Shown: positions 1 to 15,138, counted from the stretch's first letter. The stretch is DNA of 64,000 nt from Eledone cirrhosa (GCA_964016885.1 OZ024742.1:5208001-5272000); one strand, 5' to 3'. Notes: generated by a model from the sequence alone, not told the origin. Numbers and translations are program-made.

Positions 1-835
<835 letters not shown>

Positions 836-1372
836 GATGGCTGCAAACTCTGCCAATAGTATTGCAATCGCTTGTCAGATTCAGATGTGGGACGCTCGGA
901 TATGGCTTTTCAAGCCTGCTAGAGACTTGCACTCCTTCACACACTAACGACAACTATGGATCTTCCTGGCTTGAGGTCCTACATCTGGTTGCGCGTGAAC
1001 CCTCACAACACCGTGAGACACTGCTGGTGAAACCGTTCCAGTCTGTGGATATTCCGTTTGTCGGCAACCCATGTCTCACATGCATACAACAAAGCTGACA
1101 GTACACATGCAGCATACAGTCTCACCTTGGTCCTCATTGTGATTCCTCGCATGGACCAAAGACGGTCGTTGAGCCTTCCAAATGACTCACTTGCCTTACT
1201 AACACGTAGACCAACTTCTGCATCCAGAGAGCAGGTCACACTCAGAGTACTCCCCAAATACACAAATGTGTCAGCAGCCTTCAGCTTTTGACCGTATATG
1301 TGTATGGAGGGTTCATTGTAAACTTTATCCGGAGCAGGTTGGTACATGACGACAGTCTTCTTCAGACTGATT
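836..1372 (-). mobile_element. RTE (BovB-like) LINE, 3' fragment
   Basis: ORF 1003-1395: KKTVVMYQPAP...FVYLGSTLS...KASESFGRL...LLYACETW...LERFHQQCL is the RTE RT C-terminus. A terminal CKSLAGLKSHIR zinc-finger remnant and a GAGTTTGCAGCCATC tail run into (TA)/(TG)n. Confidence 0.85.
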
Positions 1373-1469
1373 GTATATATATATATATACATCACAAGCA
1401 GTTGTTACGTAATGTGCATCCAGTGAATTCGAGTGTCGTATATGTGTCTTTTTTGTCCCGTTAAGCTCA

Positions 1470-1715
1470 TATGTGTGTCTGTGTGCGTGTGTGTGTGTGT
1501 GTGTGTCTGCCTGTCTGTGTGTCTGGGTGTATGTGTCTCTGTGTCTGTGAATGTGTGTGTGTGTCTCTGTGTGTGTGTGTCTGTATGTATGTGTGTGTGT
1601 GTGTATGTGTGTGTGTGTATGTATGTGTGTGTCTGTGTGTCCGTGTATGTGTCTGTGTGTGTCCGTGTGTATATATGTGTGTGTGTCCGTGTATGTGTAT
1701 GTGTGTGTCCGTGGG
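1470..1715. repeat. Degenerate (TG)n microsatellite
   Basis: Direct reading. Confidence 0.95.
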
Positions 1716-1783
1716 TGTCAATAGGTAAATAAAATCCAAGCTATCTCCTCACTAAAACTCCAATATTATCAGATGTTTTTATT

Positions 1784-3200
1784 TTAGCTGAGCTACCCGG
1801 TGATACCCGGGTATTTTATGAAAGTTACAATATATTTGGCACACATTACAAAATATTTGACCATTCAAATATGATTGCTGAATTTTAACCAAAGTATAGC
1901 AGAATATTTATTGCCGTTTGGTAAAAGTAAATCATCTAGATAAAAATATTAGTTTTTTCCAGTGATGATTTTTTGAATACTGCTCCCTATTACAGTCAGC
2001 ATATATAATACTTTACTCATAGATGAATCATTAGGTATGTTGTCAGTGAAAAGGGCATGACCCCAAAAATACATTTAGATTTTTGTTTATTTATCCTTTT
2101 CTTTCTTTCTTTCTTTCTTTCTTTTTTTGCTCAATCTGAACCTCTGAAATTCAAACAACATGTAAAGACTATTTTAAAAAACCATAAATAAAATAAGAAA
2201 ATAAATTCATCATTGGTTTATGATTGAATGAAGCGTTTACTTACTCATTTCTGTAATTCAAGGAAAGGTGGGATTTGAAGGAAATTTGGCTGCTGTTTCT
2301 ACCCAACAAAGTCCTCACTTATACTTCTTTATGTAGCAGAGGTACCCGGGAATGCCTGCATATTCTTCCAAAGTAACACCATGCAGTAAATTTGCGGCTT
2401 CAGAATTCCTTGCAAACTACATGACTAAGGAATTAGGATCTGTGTGTATTGTCATTGAATGACGTATTACGACATTGTTCATTCCAAAGCCTCTGGTTAA
2501 ACAACATTCTTGGTTTTGCCCTGAGGTGCCACAATGAAGAGACAATCAGAGTCCCAGCCCTTGTTGTGCCAACATAGGGTTGACCGTGGGAAAAGACAGG
2601 ATCTGCCAGATTCAACCCTAAATTCAGTTGGATAGTTTACAACCTGGTCTTGAGAAGTGATTGTGTCAACTGATTTGTAGCATATTTTCTCTCCTGGTAA
2701 CATCTCCAGCAGCCTTCTGTTGATTTCTTTCACAGCAATATTTTTAGGTGCTAAGATTGCTCGTTCACAGAGCCATTTTGGATCACATTGCCTGGTCTGA
2801 ATGTTTGGAAACACTCTGGCAATCAGTTCTTGTTCTGTGTCGATGATATGGCCAAATGACAACTGAATATGGTCATTGGAGTCCTTTTCAAGAAGTCCAT
2901 TTCCCAATTTAAGTAGTTGGATGGTAAACTCACTGACACCTTCGTCACCAGTTAAGTGCACTCGCATGTTGGTTGTAAGGTTCAGCAGCTGAAAGTGGGG
3001 TCAGACATAGGATGTTTTCAGACAGGCATTGACCTGATCAGCTCGTGTCCCTCGAAGAATTACACGCTGAGTTTGTCTGAAATCACCAACAAGAACCATT
3101 GTCACTCCTTCCATTATGCAACTATTTTCTCTCAGATCCCTTATCGTCCGGTCCAAATCTTCAATTTCTCCTTTATGGCTCATAGTAGCTTCATCCCATG
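1784..3200 (-). mobile_element. Helitron remnant: PIF1-like helicase C-terminal half and 3' end
   Basis: WDEATM (motif II), LVGDFRQ (motif III), WLCERAILAPKN, NYPTEF, PVFSHGQPYV in ORFs 3001-3261, 2497-2967 and 2433-2615, with frameshifts and a deletion. Terminal hairpin ACCCGGGTATCACCGGGT..GCTA at 1784-1812. Confidence 0.88.
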
Positions 3201-3750
3201 TATGTATATATATATACATACTACTGTACGTCTGTATACATATATGTATGTACGTGTACATACTTATATTTAAGTAACAGCCGTACTAAGAGTGGGAAAT
3301 GAAATTTCGTTTCATTTTTTCCGTTTATCGTTTTCGGTGCACACGGCCGATTAACCCACTCGATATGCAAATTGGGCTACTCAGCCGTTAATATGCATAA
3401 TGTAAGTATATACGTTCAACAATCTGGCAGGAAGGTATACGTTGCTGACGATAGCTAATAAGCTTGAAACTAGTACAGCGTTCCTTTGTCAGTGTTAAAC
3501 AAACGAGCAATGATGGTTGCTGGACACTACGGCTTAATACGTGATATTTGTTTACAAACACACCGAGCATTATAATAAATGTTCGGTGAATCCATACGTA
3601 CATATATATATATGTGTGCATGTATGTATATATATATATACACACTACTGTACGTATGTATACAGATATGTATGTACGTGTACATACTTATATTTCAGTA
3701 ACAGCCGTACTAAGAGTGGGAAATGAAATTTTGTTTCATTTTTTTCCGTT
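3200..3750 (+). mobile_element. Non-autonomous hammerhead-containing element (Penelope terminal repeat or retrozyme-like), ~420-bp unit, ~1.3 tandem copies
   Basis: AACAGCCGTACTAAGAGTGGGAAATGAAAT occurs at ~3276 and ~3700. The unit is repeated at 5880-6520 and contains a hammerhead motif. Confidence 0.7.
3439..3481 (+). ncRNA. Minimal type-I hammerhead ribozyme motif
   Basis: ACGTTG-CTGACGA-tAGCTaataAGCTt-GAAA-CTAG-TA-CAGCGT: stem I ACGUUG/CAGCGU, core CUGACGA and GAAA, palindromic short stem III (ACUAGU), GUA cleavage triplet. Confidence 0.78.
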
Positions 3751-3801
<51 letters not shown>

Positions 3802-3820
3802 GTGTATATATATATATGTG

Positions 3821-3851
<31 letters not shown>

Positions 3852-3930
3852 GTATATGTATATGTATTTATATATATGTATATATATATATGTATTTATA
3901 TATATGTATATATATGTATTTATATATATG

Positions 3931-3963
<33 letters not shown>

Positions 3964-3964
3964 G

Positions 3965-3995
<31 letters not shown>

Positions 3996-4132
3996 GTATT
4001 TATATATATGTATATATATATATGTATTTATATATATGTATATATATATATATGTATTTATATATATGTATAAATATATATGTATTTATATATATGTATA
4101 TATATATATATATAAATATATATATATGTATT
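3751..4132. repeat. (TA)n-derived microsatellite. Similar tracts at 4885-5192, 5775-5878, 6520-6950, 10400-10830, 12455-12623, 12990-13180, 22315-22395, 43775-43958, 50273-50370, 61015-61630, 62150-62903
   Basis: Direct reading; source of the YI-rich pseudo-ORFs. Confidence 0.98.
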
Positions 4133-4134
4133 TA

Positions 4135-4650
4135 TAATGTAGATGAGATTCTACATACTAGAACTGTTTCATTGTTTAGAAATCATCAGGAATCTGGGTA
4201 TCAAAAAATAAGTATGGTATTTATAGGTCTCTTCAGGTGGTAGGAGAGGGTAGGGAGTGGGATGAGTGTAGGTCATTGGTTGATAGAAAAGGGAATTCAT
4301 TAAAAGCTAATTCTTCAAAGCTATAGTTTATTTTTAGAGTAACAAAGGCAGAAAGAATTCTATAAACAAGTTACTCTAAAAATAAACTATAGCTTTGAAG
4401 AATTAGCTTTTAATGAATTCCCTTTTCTATCGACCAATGACCTACACCCATCCCACTCCCTACCCCTCCTACCACCTGAATAGACCTATAAATACCATAC
4501 TTATTTTTTGATACCCAGATTCCTGATGATTTCTAAATAATGAAACAGTTCTAGTCCTGTAGAATCTCATCTATATTAAAACTTTTATACTCTGCAATGT
4601 ATTGAGTACCTTACTTACTGTGGTTACCTCCGACTCAACCCGGAATAACG
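4135..4650. mobile_element. Fold-back (inverted ~210-bp arms) Penelope-type terminal-repeat cassette
   Basis: 4135-4343 is the reverse complement of 4370-4580. Each arm carries a hammerhead-like motif. Same family seen at 54050-54150 (-) and 54725-54845 (+). Confidence 0.7.
4517..4567 (+). ncRNA. Type-I hammerhead-like motif (weak stem II); mirror copy at 4146-4195 (-)
   Basis: AGATTC-CTGATGA-tttctaaataat-GAA-ACAG-ttctagtc-CTGT-A-GAATCT: stem I 6 bp, stem III 4 bp, GUA triplet. Confidence 0.6.
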
Positions 4651-4656
4651 TATATG

Positions 4657-4696
<40 letters not shown>

Positions 4697-4892
4697 TGTA
4701 ATAGGAACAAGTAAGACTCCGACGGCTGAGCTCAAGCCGTTTCAACGGCTAATTCTGGACTCTTTACTTAAACTTTAATCTGTTATTTTAATAAATATTT
4801 GCTCTACGGTTCTTATATATTTGATATATATTTATCCTTATCGAGCCTTCTTTGGATTTTAGTCTTCAAATTTATTATTATTACTATGTATG

Positions 4893-4924
<32 letters not shown>

Positions 4925-4958
4925 CATATATATGTATGTATATATATATATGTATATG

Positions 4959-5043
<85 letters not shown>

Positions 5044-5145
5044 GTATATATATATATGTTTATATATATATATATGTATATATATATATGTATATATAAT
5101 ATATATATGTATATATATATATATGTATATATATATATGTGTATG

Positions 5146-5192
<47 letters not shown>

Positions 5193-5194
5193 GT

Positions 5195-6520
<1,326 letters not shown>

Positions 6521-6535
6521 ATATATGTATATATG

Positions 6536-6606
<71 letters not shown>

Positions 6607-6629
6607 ATGTATGTATATTTATATATATG

Positions 6630-6672
<43 letters not shown>

Positions 6673-6679
6673 ATATATG

Positions 6680-6714
<35 letters not shown>

Positions 6715-6738
6715 GTATGTATATATATATATATGTAA

Positions 6739-6772
<34 letters not shown>

Positions 6773-6803
6773 GTATGTATATGTATATATGTATATGTAT
6801 ATG

Positions 6804-6836
<33 letters not shown>

Positions 6837-6841
6837 GTATG

Positions 6842-6872
<31 letters not shown>

Positions 6873-7094
6873 GTATAAGTACTGTATATATATATATGTA
6901 TATATATATATTTGTATCAGTACTGCCGGTAATATATATATATATATATATAAATGTGTGTGTGTGTGTGTGTTTGTGAGTGGTGTGTGTCTTTGTATGC
7001 CTGAATGAGTGTTGGTATGTGAGTGGCGTGTGTGAGTTTGTGGTTTGTATGCATGAGCGGTGGTGTGTGAGTGTGTGTGTGTGTGTCGTGTCAA

Positions 7095-10000
7095 TAAGTG
7101 GGGGGGGGGTTATTAATGGCCATGCTGTAAAATGGAGGGGTAGAGAGGGCCCTTGAGTCTAGTAAGACATCCTCTCTAGTGCTGGTGGCACAGATAAAAG
7201 CACCCAGTCCATGCTGTAAAGTGGCGCTGGTTTTAGGAAGGGCATCCAACCAGTGTATCAATGCCAAAATGCTTATCAGCACAGCAACAAATAGGAACAA
7301 CAACAAAATATGAAGACGTCGCATCTCAGAGTTGTAACACTCAATGTTGGCACTCTCAGAGGTAGATCTGCTGAAATAGCGGAGATGCTGGAGAGAAGGC
7401 AGGTGGATGTGTGCTGCGTGCAGGAGGTGAGATGGAGAGGTGCCTCTGCGAGACAAGTCGTACGCAAACGTCTTAGCTATAAGCTATTCTGTTTAGGTAA
7501 TGATGATGGGTTAGGGGGAGTAGGCATTTTCCTGGCTGAGAAATGGATCAATAAGACAATAGAGGTAGTTCGAATTAGTAATCGAATAATTAAGCTTAGA
7601 TTAGTTGTTGGCAGGAGACTACTGACAATCATCTCGGCCTATGCTCCCCAAGCAGGCCTAGGCAAAGATGAGAAAGACTGCTTTTACGAGCAACTTTTAC
7701 AAACAACCGCAATGACAGACGACGGAGACATCGTTATGCTAACAGGAGACTTCAATGGTCATGTTGGACAGCTCCTGGATGGTTACACTGGGGTACATGG
7801 TGGTCACGGTTACGGCTCAAGAAATGAAGAAGGAGTGAGACTTCTTGAATTTTGTGATGCAATTTTGACTATTTGCAACACAAACTTCCAGAAACCTGCC
7901 AGTCACCTAATAACCTACAAATCTGGTGAGCACATAAGCCAGATTGACTTCTTACTAGTTAGGCAGCGGGACAGGCACATAGTGTTTAATACCAAGGCAT
8001 ACCCTGGGGAAGAATGTACCCCACAGCATAGGTTAGTTGTTAGTGATATCTCAGTAAGCAAGAGATGGAATGAGACATATAGGAAGGTGTGGAGAAGAAA
8101 GGTCTGGAAGCTAAAATACCTTTCACTAAAATACAAATTTAGGAAAGCCCTTCAAGATGTATATGACGAAAAAGAAGACGATTTAGAGACGTATGACATA
8201 GATAATAACTGGAATTTCTTACGTGATAACTTGCTGCAGGCTATTGATGAAACTTGTGGCTGGAGCAAAGCTCCAACCAGACAGAGAGAGACCTGGTGGT
8301 GGAACAGCACAGTAGATAAGGCCATTAGAGACAAAAGACTAGCATGGACGGCTTGGAAAAAGGGTGGGAGTAGGCAAGAATATACAGCCACTAAGAGAGA
8401 AGCTAGACGTCAGGTGTACTTAGCACGCAGGGAGGCGGAGAGTAGGAGGTTTGCCAATGTTCTGCGACGGGAAGATCAGAGGCGTGCGGTGTTCCACATT
8501 GCAAAGCAGTGTGTCAATGCAAATCAGGATGTTGTTGGAGATAAATGTGTCCGGGATGATGCAGGTGTACTTAGTGTTACGAATGATCAGAAAAAGGAGG
8601 CCTGGAAATGTCATAATGAGAGACTGATGAATGTGGAGAACGAATGGGAGAGAGAGAAATTACCCTTAGTAGATCCGACAGAGGGACCAGCTATTGAGAT
8701 TGACGAATATAGGGTCCAAGAGGCGATTAGGGAAATGAAAAATGGTAAGGCTGCTGGACCATCGGTAATAGTTGCTGAGATGCTGAAGGTATCAGGGGCC
8801 GTAGGCACTAAACTGGTTGCACGCATCATCAATCAGGCTATATATGGTGGTGTCATACCCAAAGACTGGTGCAGCAGTATTCTCATAAATTGCTACAAAG
8901 GTAAAGGGGATGCTCTGGAGAAGAGCAATTATAGGGGTATCAAACTGATAGATCAGGTTATGAAAGTGGCAGAAAGGATATTAGCACAACTAATTAGAGA
9001 AAGGGTCAAACTAGATGAGATGCAGTTTGGTTTTGTGCCTGGGAAGAGTACAACAGATGCCCTCTTCTTGGTGAGACAATTGCAAGAGAGTTTCTTAGAA
9101 AAAAATAAGCCACTATACTTAGCCTTTGTTGAGCTAGAGAAGGCCTTTGATAGGGTACCCCGATCTGTCATCTGGTGGTCCCTAAGGAAGCTAGGTGTTG
9201 AGGAATGGCTTGTGAGGACAGTGCAAACTTTGTACAGAGGTACTCTCAGTAGAGTCAGGGTAGGAATGGAGTTTAGTGAGGAATGGAGTTTAGTGAGGAA
9301 TTCCAGATACAAGTAGGAGTATCAAGTAGGAGTATCAAGGTTCGGTCCTCAGCCCACTCTTGTTCATTATAGTCCTCCAAGCCATAACAGAGGAGTTTAA
9401 GACTGGCTGTCCATGGGAACTTCTCTATGCTGACGATCTGGTTCTTATAGCAGAATCAGTAGAGGAGCTAGAGAATAAATTCTGGCTATGGAAACAGCAG
9501 TTGGAAGCAAGAGGATTGAGAGTGAACCTAGCTAAGACAAAAGTGTTGATGAGTAGAAAAGAGGACAAAACTCTGATTCCGTCAGGGAAATGGCCTTGTT
9601 CGATATGCAGAAAATGAACTGGCATAAATTCTATAAAATGCACACAATGCAGATCCTGGGTACACAAGAGATGTAGCGGGATAGCAGGCAAACTAACAGG
9701 TAGGGAGAAATATGTATGTAGTAGATGTACAGGGAAATTAGACAGTAGAAGTCACATTGATAGACACATTTTTCAAATGCAGGAGAGCGCTATAGAAGTG
9801 GTGGATAGCTTCCGGTACCTAGGAGATCAGATTAGCATGGGAGGAGGGTGTTCCGAGGCCATAGTATCTAGAATAAGGACGGGTTGGAAGAAGTTTAGGG
9901 ACCTGCTTCCTCTGCGTACGAAAGGCCGGTTGTATGATGCCTGTGTGAGGAGCGCGATGCTGCATGGTAGTGAGACATGGGCAGCAACTGCAGAGGATAT

Positions 10001-10400
10001 GCGACGGCTGGAGAGAACTGAGGCAAGCATGCTCCGTTGGATGCGCAGTGTAAATGTGCGTTAACGACCCAGCATAAATGCGTTGAGAGAGAAACTGTGT
10101 CTGAGAGGGATAGAATGTAGTGTACGGGAGAGGAGACTGAGGTGGTATGGACATGTGATGCGCATGGAGGATGACCGATGGGTGAAGAAGTGCCAGGAAA
10201 TGCCAGTTGAAGGAAGAAGTGGTAGAGGTAGAACACGAAAAACATGGGCGGAGGTGGTGAGAACAGATCTCAGATCATTGAAGCTCACGGTGGAGATGAC
10301 GTAGGACCGTGACGAGTGGAGAGATGCTGTGCTGAATAAGACCCGTCCCACCCTTGCAAGCAGGGAAAATCAGACCTAAAATAATGATGATGATGATGAT
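7095..10400 (+). mobile_element. RTE-clade LINE family A, near full length, inactivated
   Basis: 5' UTR, APE+RT ORF, LLYADDL at ~9420-9440, C-terminal GRSGRGRTRKTW and a (GAT)n tail at 10384-10400. Frame broken by 17-bp and 13-bp tandem duplications at 9263-9338 and by later stops. Confidence 0.95.
7310..9316 (+). pseudogene. RTE ORF: APE endonuclease plus reverse transcriptase N-terminal part (668 aa open segment)
   Basis: TLNVGTL, CVQEVRW, SAYAPQ, GDFNGHVG, SQIDF, QHRLV (APE); KAAGP, YKGKGD, NYRGIKL, QFGFVPGKSTTDA, EKAFDRVPR (RT). Confidence 0.95.
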
Positions 10401-10439
10401 GTATGTATATATATATATATGTATATATATATATGTATG

Positions 10440-10470
<31 letters not shown>

Positions 10471-10475
10471 GTATG

Positions 10476-10506
<31 letters not shown>

Positions 10507-10569
10507 GTATATATATATATGTATATATATATATGTATATATATATATATGTATATATATATATGTATG

Positions 10570-10602
<33 letters not shown>

Positions 10603-10617
10603 GTATATATATGTATG

Positions 10618-10773
<156 letters not shown>

Positions 10774-10774
10774 C

Positions 10775-10819
<45 letters not shown>

Positions 10820-11397
10820 CATACATATATAAGATCCTTTATTTACGTGTCCCAACGACTTTTTTTAGCCGTTGTTCGCACCAACCTGAGGTATATGGCC
10901 CTTAAAGCGATGAAATGCCTGGGACGGTTGGAGGGTCACTGATGAAGGACTTACTTTTTCATATGTACCCCATTTGCAACGCGCAGCTCATCATTATTAT
11001 CATATTTACACATAATTTTTCTTCTGCTGCCACCCGTCTGTTTCGTTCTTTGTATCTTTACCCTTTCTAGCAGTCTCTCTCTCTCTGTTAGCCTCCTCCT
11101 CAACTTTCACTCACTCATTCTCTGTCACTACCTCTCCTCCTCCTCCTCCTCCTCTTTCCTCCTCTTTCTTCCCGTTTGACTTGTGTGTAATTCTTTTCTC
11201 GCGCGTTCTTGGTCAAGCCGGTATGAAATTTTTTTTCTCTCTCTCTGTTTCGTCTGCGACTTCACAAAACTTATGTTTACCGAATTCGTAGACCAGACCC
11301 CTTCTTCTTCTTCCCCCCGTTAGACCTGTGCGAAATTCCTTCCTTGCTCACATTTCAACCAGGTTTGATGGTCTTTTGTCTCTTGTTCACGATTTCA

Positions 11398-12449
11398 CCG
11401 ATGTCCAATCCAATGTTAGCGATGGTCTCTCTCCGTATCAGAATGACCGCCAAATTTGAAATTCCAGCAGTCTCAGAATGAAAAATCTCACACTGTCATC
11501 ATGCGTAAAGGGGAGGTCATCGCGAAACATAAGAAAGTAAAATAATATACACGCGTGTCAATTAATTTTTTCAACAATTTTAACCCTGCGTGTGAAGAAC
11601 TCAATTAGATTTTTAAAAAATAAATATATGCATGTATTATTTATACACGCATATAGGTATTTTCTTAGGCTAAAATCAGAGATATGATACCAGAATAACA
11701 ATCAATATTTCATAGTAATAATAAATACGGAAAGTTACGCTTAAAAGGTATCTGCAAATATTCATCTCAGGCCAAATCAAGAGTATAATATTTAATACAT
11801 TAACAGAGAAAGCTTCAATCTATACTCTGACTGGCTTCCATCTCACTCAACAAACATTAGGATATACCTTAGTATAATCCCAATTTTACGTTTGGGGTGC
11901 TAACTATATATATTTTGCGGAAAGCCAGTTGTATTATTTTATATGAGACATAATTAAAATATATCTCCCTTTCCAAACAATTGTTTCATTATAAGTTTTC
12001 TACAAATTGGGAAAATGTGTCCAGGTTATGTAGAAGTCTGCACATATTCCGTAGGAATATACGCAGGTGGGCACTTATAAATCATCAGTGGATGCCCGTC
12101 AAACATCGATATAAAAAAAACTCTCTTACCGATGTCCAATCCAATGTTAGCGATGGTCTCTCTCCGTATCAGAATGACCGCCAAATTTGAAATTCCAGCA
12201 GTCTCAGAATGAAAAATCTCACACTGTCATCAAGTGGAAAGGGGAGGTCATCGCGAAACATAAGAAAGTAAAATAATATACACGCGGGTCAATTAATTTT
12301 TTCAACAATTTTAACCCTGCGTGTGAAGAACTCAATTAGATTTTTAAAAAATAAATATATGCATGTATTATTTATACACGCATATAGGTATTTTCTTAGG
12401 CTAAAAACAGAGATATGATACCAGATGGTCTCTCTCCGTATCAGAATGA

Positions 12450-12450
<1 letters not shown>
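11398..12450. repeat. Direct repeats of ~295 bp (11398-11692 and 12128-12424; ~730-bp period), unclassified element
   Basis: CCGATGTCCAATCCAATGTTAGCGATGGTCTCTCTCCGTATCAGAATGA...CAGAGATATGATACCAGA occurs twice almost identically, with a third short restart at 12424-12450. Confidence 0.85.
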
Positions 12451-12542
<92 letters not shown>

Positions 12543-12551
12543 CGTATATGT

Positions 12552-12623
<72 letters not shown>

Positions 12624-12988
12624 GAGATGACCCCTTAGCCTTTGTCAAGGCATAATTCTAGGAGAAGGAAAACTCTGATATAACACCTGCAACCCTGATG
12701 GTATACAATGATGTTGACTTGTTCTTTTTGGTAAATATCATCTTGGTTAAGAGAGTGGGACTGGCTTTGTGCAGAGTCTTTGCGCACTATAAAAGCTTCA
12801 CGGCACAGGCATTGCTTTGTATCTGGGCCCAGTACTATGTGTCAAAATTTCTCACAAGTGTAGTGTTTGTACCATAGTTTTCAAGTCGCTGACTGGACAA
12901 AAAGTCACGCGCGTTCAGCGTATCGGCAGGGGTTCTCCTACATGGATATAAAGTAGTGGCCGTACTCGAAAACGAGTTGGCAGCCACC
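12624..12988 (+). mobile_element. Non-autonomous RTE-derived element, 5'-truncated copy
   Basis: Matches 43374-43773; ends GAGTTGGCAGCCACC then (AT)n. Confidence 0.8.
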
Positions 12989-13064
<76 letters not shown>

Positions 13065-13073
13065 GTATATATG

Positions 13074-13148
<75 letters not shown>

Positions 13149-13179
13149 GTATATATGTATATATATATGTATATATATA

Positions 13180-14670
13180 GTATTTACGTATCGAGAAAGA
13201 GAAAACAAGGGGGGATAGGTGATACATATAGTTATTTGCCAAGTAGCGTATGCCAAAGGTGCTCGATACTAGTGCCGGCAGTATTAAATATTCGAAGTGT
13301 TAATATTTAGTGGGCTAGAGAGTTAGCAGAGCGTAAGCACGTGGGAAAGTAAAAAATCGGAGAAAAGACCGTTAAAACATGTTTATTTAAAATATCACCT
13401 ACGTACGTTTCGCCCAGTTGGGCTTCTCAAGGGCATAAATAATCACAAGTGTTCCTTATATTCCTCGGAAAGAGTTTTTGGGGTTAAATCCACATCAAGG
13501 TTCATTGCTCGCAAAAATATCTTGTTTTGATTTTGCAGCAGGTCAAGGGAGGTAACTCTGGCCGGTGTTAGGACAGTCTTTCCCGGACAATTTTTTTTTT
13601 TTTTTTTTTGCCGCATCCGTTTGTCTGAGGCTGGGTCTGGTATGCAAGGATTGTTTCCTGGGTGTTATTTTGCAGCGCCTGCCCGCCGGGGTGTTAAGAC
13701 TTGTTGCAGGGAGATCCAGTGTACTATTTCACTCTTCATCCTTAACCCATCTGAAGAAGGATATTTTTAAGCGATGTGTACAACTTATCGCTGTTTCAGC
13801 TCTGCTGTTGATGAGCTCGTGGGGTGCAGTTATGATGTGGTAGAGTTCCATGAGGCAAAGATCGCATTTCCTCTTGAAGTTGTACGGTGCAGCCCTGCCG
13901 ACAATCTCCCAGTGCGTGGAGAAGCTGATGTTTAAGTCCTTTAGTGATGTGATGTAGTCCGCGAGCGAAGTGGAGTGCCTAAGTTTTCTATTTGTGAAAG
14001 ACTGGAGATGTGTTCGAAACCTAATTTTGAACGGGCCGGAGGTGGCCCCTATATAATGTTTAACGCTATTGTGGCTAGTAATAGTGCATCTATATATAAC
14101 CCTATCAGTCAAGCAGTATCCTCTAAGGGGGCAGCGTCTTCTGTTGCGGCAGTTGCAATTTCTGTCGCGGTTCCGTCTTTTTCCCACGGTAAGGCTATCA
14201 TTGTTGCTCCCTACGTTGTTACCTACGCTACCGCAGCTGTCGTTAGCACAATTACAACCCACAGCACGCGGGGTGGTGCGATTGTTATTCCGCACGTCAT
14301 GTTCTGCATGTTCCCCAGTCATTTCGCGGTCATTCTGGTTGCGACTGCGGATGCCGTTGCCAACACTATTGGATGCTGCCAGGGAGTTGTTAAGGCCGAT
14401 ATAGTTATTGTCAGGTGTAGGTGCGTCTGTGTCGAGGTGCTGTGTCTTGGTGATCTTACTGTGGTTCGTTGTTCCTATGATGTCTGCTAGGTTAGGAGTA
14501 GTAGAGAAGGATATTTTTATATTGTTTCTATTAAGAATTTGTCTATACCTATGGTTGGGCGGGAAGTTCTTCTCTAAGGCTTCGAAGAACATCCGGGGTA
14601 TGTTGGAGGCCACACTCCGAGAGTAGGGGGGTGGAACCATAGGACGTTACAGTGGCGTTACGGTGGCGAT
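13180..14670 (-). mobile_element. Penelope-like element, 5'-truncated: GIY-YIG endonuclease and terminal repeat
   Basis: ORF 13729-14640: PPYSRSV, IKISFSTTPN, CNCRNRRRCPLRGYCL, VIYRCTI...HYIGAT...FKIRFRTH, CDLCLME, TCTHR-like end. Downstream repeat carries a hammerhead-like motif on the same strand (13395-13436). Confidence 0.9.
13729..14640 (-). pseudogene. Penelope C-terminal ORF segment with GIY-YIG endonuclease (303 aa open)
   Basis: VIY...YIG motif with conserved Arg and a Cys-rich linker; RT portion absent. Confidence 0.88.
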
Positions 14671-15138
14671 TATATATATATATATATATGTTTATATATA
14701 TATATATGTAATAACTAGAGGTTGATTAACATATAAATATACATGAATAATCACAGGAGTTAATTTTTGCTCGCGTGTAACCACGCATAGCTAGTATAAG
14801 CAATATTTACCTTTAAGAGTGATTAACCTTTCCTTGTATATATCCCATTAAAGAAATATATTTCACCAATTAATCAGATGGTCACGGATAGTGGATATTA
14901 TTGGATTGTCACCAAAGAAAGTATAATCATTTCAGCTATTCGTCCTTACAGAGCGAGTTCAAATCACAACTAGCCGTCACCACGTGTTGCGTCCACACAA
15001 GATAGCGGTTTCGTTTCAGTGGCGTGAATAGGTATTCGACAACTAAAAATAGCAGTCAAATTCTCTTCAACAGAAATAGCTCTACAATTAAGGAGCCGTA
15101 TATATATATATGTATATATATATGTATATATATATGTT

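Noticed and set aside
2433-3261. Host PIF1 helicase gene (also 51866-52720)
   Set aside because: Intronless, frameshifted and followed by Helitron hairpin-CTAG ends.
7915-10351. Minus-strand ORFs over the RTE copies (also 25389-30381, and plus ORFs at 13975-14626)
   Set aside because: Antisense shadows of transposon ORFs with no independent motifs.
10935-10960. CTGATGA core (also CTGACGA at ~44275 and ~44730)
   Set aside because: No downstream GAAA and closing helices at a suitable distance.
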